DNA from: Octopus sinensis
Taxonomy: Eukaryota
NCBI RefSeq assembly: GCF_006345805.1
Contig: NC_043025.1
Location: 496,001-560,000, forward strand
Length of the DNA: 64,000 nt
Direction: 5' to 3'
Position 1 is the stretch's first letter; each line of letters begins with the position of its first letter. A program made the position numbers and the translations under genes. This document shows, one piece after another, positions 52,796 through 64,000 of the stretch. Under the pieces are notes generated by a model. The model was not told where the DNA came from. It searched no databases and worked only from the letters and a program-made list of their open reading frames with translations.

Positions 52796-52936
52796 GTATG
52801 TATATATATGTGTGAGTATGTATGTATATACATATATTTATATATCTATATATATATATGTGTGTATATTTATATATATATATATATATTTATATTTATA
52901 CATATATAATTGTATATATATATGTATATATATGAA

Positions 52937-52974
<38 letters not shown>

Positions 52975-53309
52975 TACTATTATATATCTATTATATATAT
53001 ATATATATATATAAGATATAATTTGTGTGCTTGTGTGTACACATCTCACCATCGTTTGACAACCGGCACGGGAATGGCAGAATATGTACTAGGCTTTAGA
53101 AAAAATTAGGCCAATAATTAGTCGATTCGTTCAGCTAAAGCTCTCTTCTAGGCGGTGCCCCAGCATGACCAGAATCTAATGACAGAAACATGTAAACACA
53201 CGCACACAGACATACACAAATACCTGTATATACATATTATATACATATATGTACACATATATATATATATGCATATATGTACATATTTATATATATATAC
53301 TCTCTCTTT

Positions 53310-54066
53310 TCTCTTTTACTCGTTTACTTGTTTCAGTCATTTGACTGCGGGCATGCTGGAGCACCGCCTTTTAGTCGAGCAAATCGACCCCGGGACTTAT
53401 TCTTTGTAAGCCCAGTACTTATTCTATCGGTCTCTTGGGCCGAACCGCTAAGTGACGGGGACGTAAACACACCAGCATCGGTTGTCAAGCAATGCTAGGG
53501 GGACAAACACAGACACACAAACACACATACACACATATATATATATATACATATATACGACAGGCTTCTTTCAGTTCCGTCTACCAAATCCACTCACAAG
53601 GCATTGGTGACCCGGGGCTATAGCAGAAGATACATGCCTAAGATGCCACGCAGTGGGACCGAACCCGGAACCATGTAGTTCGTAAGCAAGCTACTTACCA
53701 CACAGCCACCCCTAAGTCTATATACATATATACGACAGGCTTCTTTCAGTTTCCGTCTACCAAATCCACTCACAAGGCATTGGTCGGCCCGAGGCTATAG
53801 CAGAAGACACTTGCCCAAGATGCCACGCAGTGGGACTGAACCCGGAACCATGTGGTTCTTAAGCAAGCTACTTACCACACAGCCACCCCTAAGTCGATAT
53901 ACATATATACGACAGGCTTCTTTCAGTTTCCGTGTACCAAATCCACTCACAAGGCATTGGTCGGCCCGGGGCTATAGCAGAAGTCACTCGCCCAAGATTC
54001 CACGCAGTGGGACTGAACCCGGAATCATGTGGTTGGTTAGCAAGCTAATTACCACACAGCCACTCC
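53310..54066 (-). mobile_element. SINE family A full copy plus two tandem duplicates of its ~175-bp head
   Basis: Head units at ~53558-53712, 53733-53890 and 53910-54066, with junction CAGCCACCCCTAAGTC. Confidence 0.88.
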
Positions 54067-54526
54067 TATATATATATATATATATATATATATACTTGTA
54101 TATGTCGAATACGTGTTTCTAAGTACGAAATGTATACACTTGTCTATATATATAAGACGACGACGAGGGTTCCAGTTGATTTGATAAACAGAGCCACCCT
54201 ACTTAGTAAATGTCCGTGCAAACTAACCTTAATTATAGAATTGGTGTGTGTGTGTATAAATATATATACTCACACACATGCACACATGTGTATATATATA
54301 TATATTATATATATATACGTACGCACATATATGTTCATGTGTGTGCATATATATATATGTCCATATATATATAATAATTATTTGAGGGAATATTATTCCT
54401 AACTCAAAGTTAGGAATTTTCATATATATATGTGTGTGCGTGTGTGTACATATGACTACAAGTAGGTATACATATATATTTATATATATATATATCGATA
54501 ATATATATATATATATATATTATATA

Positions 54527-54559
<33 letters not shown>

Positions 54560-54562
54560 ATA

Positions 54563-54935
54563 CGCGCAGGAGTGGCTGTGTAGTAAGTAGCTTGTTCCGT
54601 GGCACCTTGGGCAAGTGTCTTCTACTATAGCCTCGGACAGACCAAATCCTTGTGAGTGGATTTGGTAGATGGAAACTGAAAGAAGCCCGTCGTATATATG
54701 TATATATATATGCGTGTGTGTGTTTGTGTGTCTGTATTAGTCCCCCTAGCATTGTTTGACAACCGAGCTGGTGTGTTTATGTCCCCGTTACTTAGCGGTT
54801 CGGCAAAAAAGACCAATAAAATAAGTGCTGGGCTTACAAAAGAATAAGTCCCGAGGTCGAGTTGCTCGACTAAAGGCGGTGCTCCAGCATGGCCGCAGTC
54901 AAATGACTGAAACAAGTAAACGAGTAAAAGAGAAA
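54563..54935 (+). mobile_element. SINE family A with a small internal deletion
   Basis: Head joined to CGTGGCACCTTGGGCAAG; AAGAGT-type tail. Confidence 0.88.
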
Positions 54936-55019
54936 AGAGAGAGTATATATATATAAATATGTACATATATGCATATATATATATATGTGTACATATATGT
55001 ATATAATATGTATATATAC

Positions 55020-55058
<39 letters not shown>

Positions 55059-55406
55059 TAGATAGATGAGACAGATATATATATAATATAATATAGATAT
55101 ATAGATAGATAGATATATATATATAATTATATATATATATATAATAATATATATATATATAGATAGATAGACAGATAATATATATATATATATAATAATA
55201 AATATTAGGGAATAAATCCAAATTTACAGGGAAAAAAATCAGATTTAGGTTAAATCCAATTTATAGTAAAATATAAAATATTATTAGAGACAAAACCACT
55301 ATATATAGATAGATAGATAGATATATATAGATATATATATATATATAAGATAGATAGATAGATATATATGATATATATATATATAGATAGATAGATAGAT
55401 ATATAT

Positions 55407-55440
<34 letters not shown>

Positions 55441-55917
55441 TGTTATCTATCTATCTATATATATAATTATAATCTGTCTATCATCTATCTAATATATTAT
55501 ATATATATCTTCTATCATCTATCTATATATATATATATATAATATATATATATATCTGTCTATCTATCTATATATATTATATATATATATCTGTCTATCT
55601 ATCTATCTATATATATATATATCTGTCTATCTATCTATCTATATATATATATCTGTCTATCTATCTATCTATCTATATATATATATATATATATATATAT
55701 CTGTCTATCTATCTATCTATATATATATATATATATATATCTGTCTATCTATCTATCTATATATATATATACATATATATATATCTGTCTATCTATCTAT
55801 TCTATATATAGATATATATAATATATCTGTCTATCTATCTATATCTATATATATATTATATCTGTCTATCTATCTATCTATATAGATATATATATATATC
55901 TGTCTATCATCTATCTA

Positions 55918-55956
<39 letters not shown>

Positions 55957-56351
55957 GTCTATCTATCTATTATATATATATATATATATATTCTGTCTAT
56001 CTATCTATATAGATATATATATATATAATCTGTCTATCTATCTATATATATATATAATATATATATATAATAATCTGTCTATCTATCTATCTATATATAT
56101 ATATATATATATTATATATATCTCTGTATATCTATCTATATATATATATCTATATTATATATATATCTGTCTATCTATCTATCTATATATATATATATAA
56201 TATATAGATCTGTCTATCTATCTATCTATATAATATATATATATATTATATATATCTGTCTATCTATCTATCTATATATATATATTATATATATATAGAT
56301 ATATATATATATATCTATATCTTCTATCTATCTATCTATATATATATATAT

Positions 56352-56443
56352 AATTATAAAATTCGAGCAAAAACCTTACTTCGAATCTTTGGTTAAAAAT
56401 ACAAAAGATTCGATGTAAGGTTTTTTCCTCGAATTTTATAATT
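56352..56443. repeat. Palindrome with ~40-bp arms and 13-bp loop
   Basis: AATTATAAAATTCGAGCAAAAACCTTACTTCGAATCTTT vs AAAGATTCGATGTAAGGTTTTTTCCTCGAATTTTATAATT, about 3 differences. Confidence 0.85.
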
Positions 56444-56598
56444 TTTTATAATATATATATATATTTTTTTGAGTTCATTTTTGTTTATCGCTTGAAAATT
56501 GACCGTTATTTGTAAAGGACCAATCAAACAAGTCCATTTTTAAAGGTGTAGCGTTTATACTAGTCTGGATAGAATTGACATATCGGTTCCATTCTAGC

Positions 56599-56646
56599 AA
56601 AAACTGTCCAACGAACGGGAACGTGAAACTCAGAGTAACAGGTTTT
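56599..56646 (+). ncRNA. Decayed minimal type I hammerhead ribozyme fold
   Basis: Stem I AAAAACTGT/ACAGGTTTT (8 of 9 pairs); core CCAACGA (consensus CTGANGA); stem II AC-GGGAAC-GT; GAA; stem III AC-TCAGA-GT; cleavage triplet GTA. Confidence 0.6.
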
Positions 56647-56866
56647 GTTGAATTTTCTGCTGCTTTAAATAAAGTAATATATATATATATATATATATAT
56701 AGATAGATAGATAGATAGACAGATATAGATAGATAGACAGATATATATAGATAGATAGATAGACATATAGATAGATAGATAGACAGATATATATAGATAG
56801 ATAGATAGACAGATATATATATATAGATAGATAGATAGACAGATATATATATAGATAGATAGATAG

Positions 56867-56899
<33 letters not shown>

Positions 56900-57106
56900 C
56901 AGATATATATATAGATAGATAGATAGACAGATATATATATAGATAGTTAGATAGACAGATATATAGATAGATAGATAGACAGATATATATATAGATAGAC
57001 AGATATATATATATATATAGATAGATAAACAGATGTGACTTCTGATGGAGATTGAAACTAAAACGTCATTCTCAGTTTGTGAATTTAATTAATCTTCTAA
57101 ACATAC

Positions 57107-57115
57107 CTTTCACCA
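57107..57115 (-). CDS. Candidate 9-nt microexon (TGGTGAAAG)
   Basis: Strong acceptor TTTTGCTTTTATTCTTCAG and donor GTATGT. The phase-1/phase-1 reading is compatible with exon 39624. No transcript evidence. Confidence 0.3.
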
Positions 57116-57422
57116 CTGAAGAATAAAAGCAAAATAATCCAATTTCATTTGAAAAGTTATCGCGTTCAAATAGCATCTTCGTTGTTCCTTTTCAGATTTA
57201 AATTTTTGGTGCTCCGTACGCAAGAACTTCAACTCCCACTTCTCTGTTCTTTCAGTTTATTAGTTGGTGAAATTATTTCAATATGTGAAACATTACGTTA
57301 AGTTTAGCCATTTGTAGTATAGGGGTGTTAAATTGAAAAAAAAAAATTAAATCAAAATTAATGTATTACCCCCCTCAAAAATCACACCCTTCAATGAGAC
57401 TGTCTTCGAACATACGATCACC

Positions 57423-57447
57423 ATTGGCTAACACGGAGTAGTATAAG
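57423..57447 (+). promoter_or_regulatory. Candidate alpha-tubulin promoter elements (reverse CCAAT and TATA-like TATAAG)
   Basis: ATTGG at 57423 and TATAAGAG at 57442, ~115-135 bp upstream of the ATG exon end. Confidence 0.35.
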
Positions 57448-57556
57448 AGTGAGAGTAGGAGGAGAATAAAAATATTACTATGTGTAGCAAGGCCAGAGAA
57501 AACCCCGTCTTGTTTATTGACTCCACTTTGAACGGTACAGAAACAGCGCGACAACA

Positions 57557-57559
57557 ATG
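57557..57559 (+). CDS. TUBA: Alpha-tubulin exon 1 (ATG only)
   Basis: ACAACAATG|GTAAAT has an invertebrate-type start context followed by a donor. Metazoan alpha-tubulins typically have an intron directly after the ATG. Confidence 0.6.
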
Positions 57560-59547
57560 GTAAATTGCAACGTTTATTTCCAGTCTGTCTCTACAAAGTT
57601 ATAGGAAATCCAGTTTTGAATATAATAACCTTTATTCACATTTACAAAATATTTTGTGCATATTTATTAGTGAAATCTTTTCTTGCTTTCGCAATGTTAT
57701 ATGGTTGCTATTCTGTTAAACTTTCGTGCGTCTAAATTTAGCCAAATACGTTTTATTCAGTATTTATTTTTATTTGCAATAGCCGGTTCTTTTGGTCGAA
57801 ATATTGTATCTCTAGTTGCTTCAGATGGCAAGATATCGAAAATTGTCAAAGTGCAGTACAACGGTTTTTCTGTGAATGTGTGAAACTTTTTTCCTTCTGA
57901 AAAAGCAGCGTTTGGGACTTTCGACCCTTTTGCATAATAGCGACAAATATTGAATTTGTTAAAATTGAATTTTCATCTAGATTTGAAAGCAACATGTGAC
58001 AGCCAAAAGTTGCCATGTAACAACATACGACATTACATGAGAAACAAACGTATAGAAAACTCTAAAAGCATTTAGAAAAAAAAAAACCTTTGATTTTTAG
58101 TCAGTATGTCGTAAGAATTTTTAAAAATCAGTGATTTTTGTCTAGAGCTACATAAGTGCGACCGTGAAAACTTAGAGAAAATCTCTTCAAAATTTACAAC
58201 GAAGGAATATAGACTTACACAATCCCTCTTCATTAGAAACATTACCCCTCTATTCGCATCCTTGCTTAGAATTAACCCATTAACAATTTTTGTATTACGA
58301 AACTGTATTTACTTTCAATTCGGTCTACATTAACCATCTAATCTTCACAAAATTGTATTTAGCACTATATAAAAAAATATTAAATACAATTTTGAATTTA
58401 AATCGTTTGTCAGAATTTACTAATATTTTCATTTATTTAATATAGTCTCTATCGTGAAACTGCAATATTTTCTGGGTATGTTTTCCGTGTCTGCCGTATA
58501 GCTTTTACTGTTAACACGTCGGGTTTCAAAAAATGTCTTAAATAGTGTAAAAGGAGTGACTAATTTCAATCCTACTTTAACTGCTTCGTGTATAAATCTC
58601 TCGGGAAGAACTACCCCAGCAGATCGTAAAGAAACTGTGGAGAATATTTTAGCTTTAGTCGAGTTTCATTTTCATGTGTATCGTTTTCCCTTGATCGCCT
58701 TTCATTTGACCGAGGTATTTAATTTCTTCTAGTTTTTGGTCTTTCTGGTGTCTAAGGATGAATATTGATGTACGAGTCTGTTTTCGAATGTGATTCTGGA
58801 GAATTGAAGAGGCAGATTTATCTTATTTTGGTTTACTCATTTGGCTCCAGCCAAATTTGTTTTATATACTCAGAACGGTGATAATTGAAATGTTAATCAG
58901 ATTATTTTTTAAAGAATTTATGGAAGGCCATTTACTTAACTGATATAGTTTTCGTAAGGGAGCGCACATTAAAAAAAATATTGTCATCGTGCACTTTCCC
59001 TTACAGTTTATTTGACGGGCGTCCACATGGCCACCGCTAAATCCATTTCCGTTTACTAGATTGACCCACAGCTATACTGGAAGAAACTGTCTCAATGTAA
59101 AGTGGTGTTGAAATGAAGTAGAACGGAATACTTACATTAAACATGAAGGTTGTTTTAAAATATTTGTGTGCTTAATTAGATTTGAATTTATAAATCTTGT
59201 GCTATTATCTCTTGTGGTATAATGGTTTAGCTCTCAGACAACTTATTGCAGTTATTTTCATTTCTCCAAAAATACCATTTTAAAGGTTCTTATGTAGCTC
59301 TGCATGACTCTTGTTGGCGAAAACTTGTGTTCAAATGCGTTTCAGTTACCATTTCTATCTTTTCCAAATTCAGAGTTCGCGTGATATAAACATTTTGTTA
59401 ATCAATAGGGTATGATCGGAAGGAATTCGACTATTTCTAACAGGCAGGACACCACGGCAATGCTCCCTTTTGGGCTCAACTCCCACTTTTGTCCGATTTC
59501 TCTAGCTTTTAAAATAATTCTATTATACAACTTTTTTTTTTTTTCAG

Positions 59548-59764
59548 AGAGAATGTATCAGCGTTCACATAGGACAAGCAGGCGTCCAAATAGGTAACGC
59601 TTGTTGGGAGCTCTATTGCCTTGAACATGGAATCCAACAAAATGGTCAAGTATCATTTGAATCTTCCGGTGCTAATGATTCGTCTAGCACGTTCTTTCAT
59701 GAGATAGGCTCTGGGAAACGTGTCCCCAGAGCCATATTCGTCGATTTGGAGCCCTCAGTTATCG
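59548..59764 (+). CDS. TUBA: Alpha-tubulin exon 2
   Basis: T-tract-CAG|[29 protein letters not shown]...[13 protein letters not shown](D)|GTAAGT, with a conserved phase-1 intron. Confidence 0.93.
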
Positions 59765-60246
59765 GTAAGTATAAACGTTTCAAAATTGTATTTACAAAAA
59801 TAAATTAAACAAGGAATTGCCCTGTCGCGCATTTAATGTTCTGGTTAATCAATCTTCTATGTTTTTCTGTGTTGGAAAAAAAATTTGAAGATTTGTGATG
59901 AAGCAGTGGTTCCTTTTTTACTGCTTTATTTCCGAACGCCGTTTTCTTGAATATTGGAAAATATTTCAAAATTCTGTTGTACAAACTGATCACGGCAGTA
60001 AAATGTGTCGACTATAAAATCGGTTAAATGTGAGTGGAATAGTGAATGTTTATGTATCCGGTATTTGAATGTAAGTATTGTTAGCAGTATATTCTGAGGA
60101 ATGTCGTACATGGAAGTATTTTGTTGAACTGATAAAGCAAGTAACTGTCTGAGAATCTCTACATTTCATACTCCTCTAATTAAGAAAACTCTTTTAATTT
60201 TATATTGCCAGTTTGATATATTATTGCTCAAAATCTTATTTTCCAG

Positions 60247-61362
60247 ATGAAATACGCGTTGGAAAATACAGCCAGTTATTTCACCCGAACCAACTCATCA
60301 GTGGTAAAGAGGATGCAGCCAACAATTACGCCAGGGGTCACTATACCGTTGGCAAGGAAATCATTGATTCGGTCTGTGACCAAATTCATAAAGTAACTGA
60401 ACAATGCTCTGGCCTCCAGGGCTTCTTGATTTTTCATAGTTTCGGTGGCGGCACCGGTTCTGGTTTTACGTCTCTGCTAATGGAGCGCCTGAGTGTTGAC
60501 TTTGGTAAAAAGACAAGCTTCAATTTTCAGTCTATCCGGCACCACGAATTTCTACAGCTGTAGTAGAACCGTACAATTCCGTCTTAACCACTCATGCCAC
60601 TCTAGAGCATTGTGACTGCGCTTTCATGGTCGACAATGAAGCAATTTATGATATCTGTAAAAGCATTTAGATGTTGGGTATCCAAGATACACAACCTTAA
60701 TCGTCCGATTGCTCAGGTAGTGAGCTCTATTACTGCTTCTCTAAGGTTTGATGGTCCCTTAATGTCGATTTAACCGAGTTTCAAACCAACCTGTACCTTA
60801 TCCACGTATTCATTTCCCATTGATTTCGTATGCACCAATAATATCGGTTGAGAAAGCGTACCACAAGCAGTTGCTTGTTTCTGAAATAACAAACGCGTGC
60901 TTTGAAACCGGTAATCAGATGGTTAAATGTGACCCTCGCCGTGGGAAGTACATGGCTTGTTGTCTGTTGTACCGAGGCGATGTGGTCTCGAAAGATGTTA
61001 ACGCTGCTATTGCAGCAATAAAAAGAAAAAAGAAATTCAGTTGTGTGATTGTGCCCAACAGGGGTTTAAAGTTGGTATCAATTCCCACGCCCAACTGTTA
61101 TCCCTGGGGAGACATGGCTGAGGTTCAACGGGCCGTGTGTATGCTGAACAATACGACAGCTATTGCTGAAGCTTGGGCCCGTCTAAATTATAAATTTGAC
61201 TTAATGTATGCCAAGCGAGCTTTTGTTCATTGGTATGTTGATGAAGGTATGGAGGAAGGAGAATTCACAGAAGCGCGCGAAGATTTGGCTGCGTTGGAGA
61301 AAGATTATGAAGAAGTCGGTATTGACACAGCTGAAACGGGAGATGAGATTGAAGAATACTAA
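60247..61362 (+). CDS. TUBA: Alpha-tubulin exon 3, frameshifted as assembled (assembly error or pseudogene)
   Basis: [30 protein letters not shown] and C-terminal EEY* are present. About 10 single-base indels, mostly in base runs; no nonsense codon after correction. Confidence 0.88.
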
Positions 61363-61554
61363 ATCTTAAATTTTATTAGAAATGGTGGGTCTGATATATA
61401 CATACACACACGTGTGTAGTCTTCCAATATTAATTTAAGCTTACGAATTAGTTTTTGAAATATCAAAATTGCGTTGTTTTCCTGTTTGTGTTGCATACTA
61501 AACATAAAGAATTACTTTTCGAAATAACATTTTTTTTTCGAATTTCTTTGAAAT

Positions 61555-61560
61555 AATAAA
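61555..61560 (+). promoter_or_regulatory. Candidate tubulin polyadenylation signal
   Basis: AATAAA ~190 bp after the stop codon. Confidence 0.4.
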
Positions 61561-61989
61561 AGCTTATCACAATCAATTGACATATTTCTCTAATTCTTGA
61601 ATAGATTTTCTCTTCGTATTTGGAATCAATCAAGTATCCAGATACTGGGACACATTTTGTTAGTCAACGGTAACTATTTTTTGCTGTAAGGCTCAGCAAA
61701 TCTGGGGAGAGTGGTTAGTCGATTATATCGACCGCGGTAGCTCTTCTTGTACATATTTTATCAACCCTGAACGGATGAGCAGTGTTTTAAGCTTAGAGCG
61801 TAAAAACTAACAACATTCCGTTAGGCATTTTTCCGGTGCGGTAACAATTCTGCTAGCGTGCCTCCTTTAATTTTATTACTATGGGCACCAGGTCTGAAAT
61901 TCTTTTAGGAGGCTTGGCGATTACATCGACAGAAATGCTCAAGTGCTACTTACTTTACCGACCGCCAGAAGATGAAAAGCGAAGTTGAC

Positions 61990-62345
61990 CTTGGCAGAAT
62001 TTAAACTCTTTACTCTCCTTTTACTTGTCATTTGACTGTGGCCATACTGGAGCACCGCCTTTAGTCGAGCAAATCGACCCCAAGACTTGTTCTTTGTAAG
62101 CCTAGTACTTATTCTATTGGTCTCTTTTTGCCGAACCGCAAAGTTACGGGGACGCATCGGTTCTCAAGTGATGTTGGGACACACACATACTACGGGCTTC
62201 TTTCAGGTTCCGTCTACCAAATCTACTCCCAATGCTTTGGTCAGCCTGAAGCTATAGACACTTGCCCAAAGTGCCACGCAGTGGGAATGAACCCGGAACC
62301 ATGTGGTTGGTAAGCAAGCTACTTAACCACACAGCCATTCCTACG
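61990..62345 (-). mobile_element. SINE family A, near-full copy
   Basis: TTTACTTGTCATTTGACTG...GAACCCGGAACCATGTGG...CAGCCATTCCTACGCC. Confidence 0.85.
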
Positions 62346-62439
62346 CCTAACTGAGGACGTAGTTTCGAAACGCCACTAAGCTTTAGCCATTAAGCATTTT
62401 TTTTTTTTAACTTTCAGTGTATAAATAACCTTGTCAGCT

Positions 62440-62760
62440 GTATTAGACTGTGGCCATGCTGGGGCACCGGCTTGAAGAGTTTCAGTCGAATGACTTTATC
62501 CCAGGACTAATTTCCCTTTTTTAAACCTGGTACTTATTCTATCGAACTCTTTTTGCCTAACCGCTAGGCTATGTACACTCACCACCGGTTGTCAAGCGGT
62601 AGTGACACACACGACAGGCTTCTTTACGTTTCCCTCCACCAAATCCACACGAGGCGTTGGTCGGCCAGAGACTATAGTAGAAGGTACTTGCCCAAGGTGC
62701 TACTTAATTGGACTGAACCCAAAGCCCTATGGTTAGGAAGCAGGTTTAGCCCACGCATAT
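62440..62760 (-). mobile_element. SINE family A, more decayed copy
   Basis: GGCCATGCTGGGGCACCG...CTTGCCCAAGGTGC...GGACTGAACCC. Confidence 0.7.
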
Positions 62761-62859
62761 AACTGTGTGCCAATATACCTATACACGTGTGTCTGTATAT
62801 GATATTTGTTATTGTCGTGCCCGTGTTTTCTTAATTTTGCGCCTATTGCTTATCCTGAG

Positions 62860-63220
62860 TGACTGTATAGTAAGTAGCTTGCGTACGAACCACATGATTC
62901 CGGGTTCAGTCCCACTGCGGGGCACCTTGGGCAAGAGTCTTCTACTATAGCCTCGGGGCGACTAAAGCCTTGTGAGTGGATTTGGTAGACGGAAACTGAA
63001 AGAAGCCCGTCGTATATATGTATATTTACATATAAGTATGTTTGTGTCTGTTTGTCTCCCCCAACATCACTTGACAACCGATGCTGGTGTGTTTACGTCC
63101 CCGTAACGTAGACTGATAGAATAAGTACAAGGCGTACAAAGAATAAGTCCTGGGGTCGATTTGCTCGACTAAAGGCGGTGCTCCAGCATGACCACAGTCA
63201 CTTGACAGAAACGAGTTAGA
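62860..63220 (+). mobile_element. SINE family A, near-full copy
   Basis: GTAAGTAGCTTGC...CCTTGGGCAAG...TAAAGGCGGTGCTCCAGCATG. Confidence 0.85.
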
Positions 63221-63435
63221 GGAATATCTATATGACTAAAATTTATGGCAAGACAATTTTTTTCAGAACACTTTACAGGGCATTTTGTGTGTGTATATAC
63301 ACGCGTACGTACGTTGCAAAAAGCCCTCCTCCTCACGTAAACCTTACATCTCCCACTTATCTGCCTATCCCTCTCTACGTAAATAGACATATATATATAT
63401 ATATATATAATATATAAATATAATATATATATTAT

Positions 63436-63640
63436 AGGCGCAGGAGTGGCTGTGTGGTAAGTAGCTTGCTAACCAACCACATGGCTCCGGGTTCAGTCCC
63501 ACTGCGTGGCATCTTGGGCAAGTGTCTTCTGCTATAGCCCCGGGCCGACCAATGCCTTGTGAGTGGATTTGGTAGACGGAAACTGAAAGAAGCCTGTCGT
63601 ATATATGTATATATATGTGTGTGTGTGTGTTTGTCCCCCA
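63436..63640 (+). mobile_element. SINE family A 5' half, truncated by the transposase fragment
   Basis: Intact head ending at TTTGTCCCCC. Confidence 0.85.
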
Positions 63641-64000
63641 AGTAAAAAGTTGAGCATTTTTAGATCCACACATATGACCCATTTGTGTTCATCAGATTTG
63701 GGTAAATCTAATTCAACTTTTATGTGATCATAATTCTCTTTTAAGTTCACAGAGTGACCAATAGGAAGCGCAGCAAACAAGTTTCAATTATGGACTAACA
63801 AACATTTTAGACACTTCTTTCAGCTATCTATAAACTCACTACGGTCATAGTATCCACCACCCATCGCATTTAACAGTACCGCCACGTCACAACAGTAAAC
63901 AAAATAATTTTCAATTGTAATGAATGCTAAGAGGACTTTTTCTTTGTTCTGATAAAAAGTCACGTTTCTGCACCACATTCTTCTCTTTAAGCCTAGAAGA
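63640..64000 (-). mobile_element. DNA transposase fragment, Chapaev3-like (CMC group); continues beyond the window
   Basis: VYCCDV...FIDS*K...LVHN.N...LPIGHSVNLKENY...EHKWVICVDLKMLNFLLG. The family name is from memory of this motif set. Confidence 0.65.

Larger units (their letters stand above)
55030..57025. repeat. Compound TA/TAGA/TCTG microsatellite field with alternating orientation
   Basis: TAGA-strand block at 55030-55410, TCTA-strand block at 55440-56345, TAGA-strand block at 56690-57025. Confidence 0.9.

Noticed and set aside
57375-57557. Signal-peptide-like ORF (IFILLLLSLLYYSVLANG) on the minus strand
   Set aside because: There is no in-frame ATG. The hydrophobic run comes from a CT-rich tract in the probable tubulin promoter and 5' UTR.
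58500-58710. ~70-codon open frame in tubulin intron 1
   Set aside because: No start codon, splice sites or recognisable motif; within chance expectation.
62341-62385. CTGAGGA...GAAAC hammerhead-like spacing
   Set aside because: Stem II cannot close (C opposite C), and stems I and III are not formed.

Overview
AT-rich, repeat-dense animal genomic DNA, most likely from an octopus (inferred from the tRNA-SINE, RTE/CR1, Penelope and Helitron repertoire and the dense (TA)n/(TAGA)n microsatellites). Most of the window is transposon debris: RTE and CR1-group LINEs, a Penelope-like element, an internally deleted Gypsy element with both LTRs, Tc1 and Chapaev3-like transposase fossils, Helitron-derived elements, a MITE and many SINEs. 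Larger structures are a ~7 kb segmental duplication (9.6-16.9 kb vs 40.2-47.2 kb), a triplicated ~2.1-2.3 kb unit (20.6-27.0 kb), and a TTAGGG-like tract joined to a 34-bp minisatellite that runs into a 100-N assembly gap. Two host genes can be supported. (1) A minus-strand gene with a C-terminal death domain (spliced exons 39624-39553 and 38045-37846), which the ORF track shows only in part. (2) A plus-strand, three-exon divergent alpha-tubulin (57557-61362) that lacks the K40 loop; its many frameshifts are nearly all single-base indels in base runs and may be assembly errors. A decayed type I hammerhead ribozyme fold is present at 56599-56646. I could not establish a wholly new biological system; the findings are ranked leads. 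Family assignments come from motif recognition by eye, with no database searches. Many repeat boundaries are approximate.
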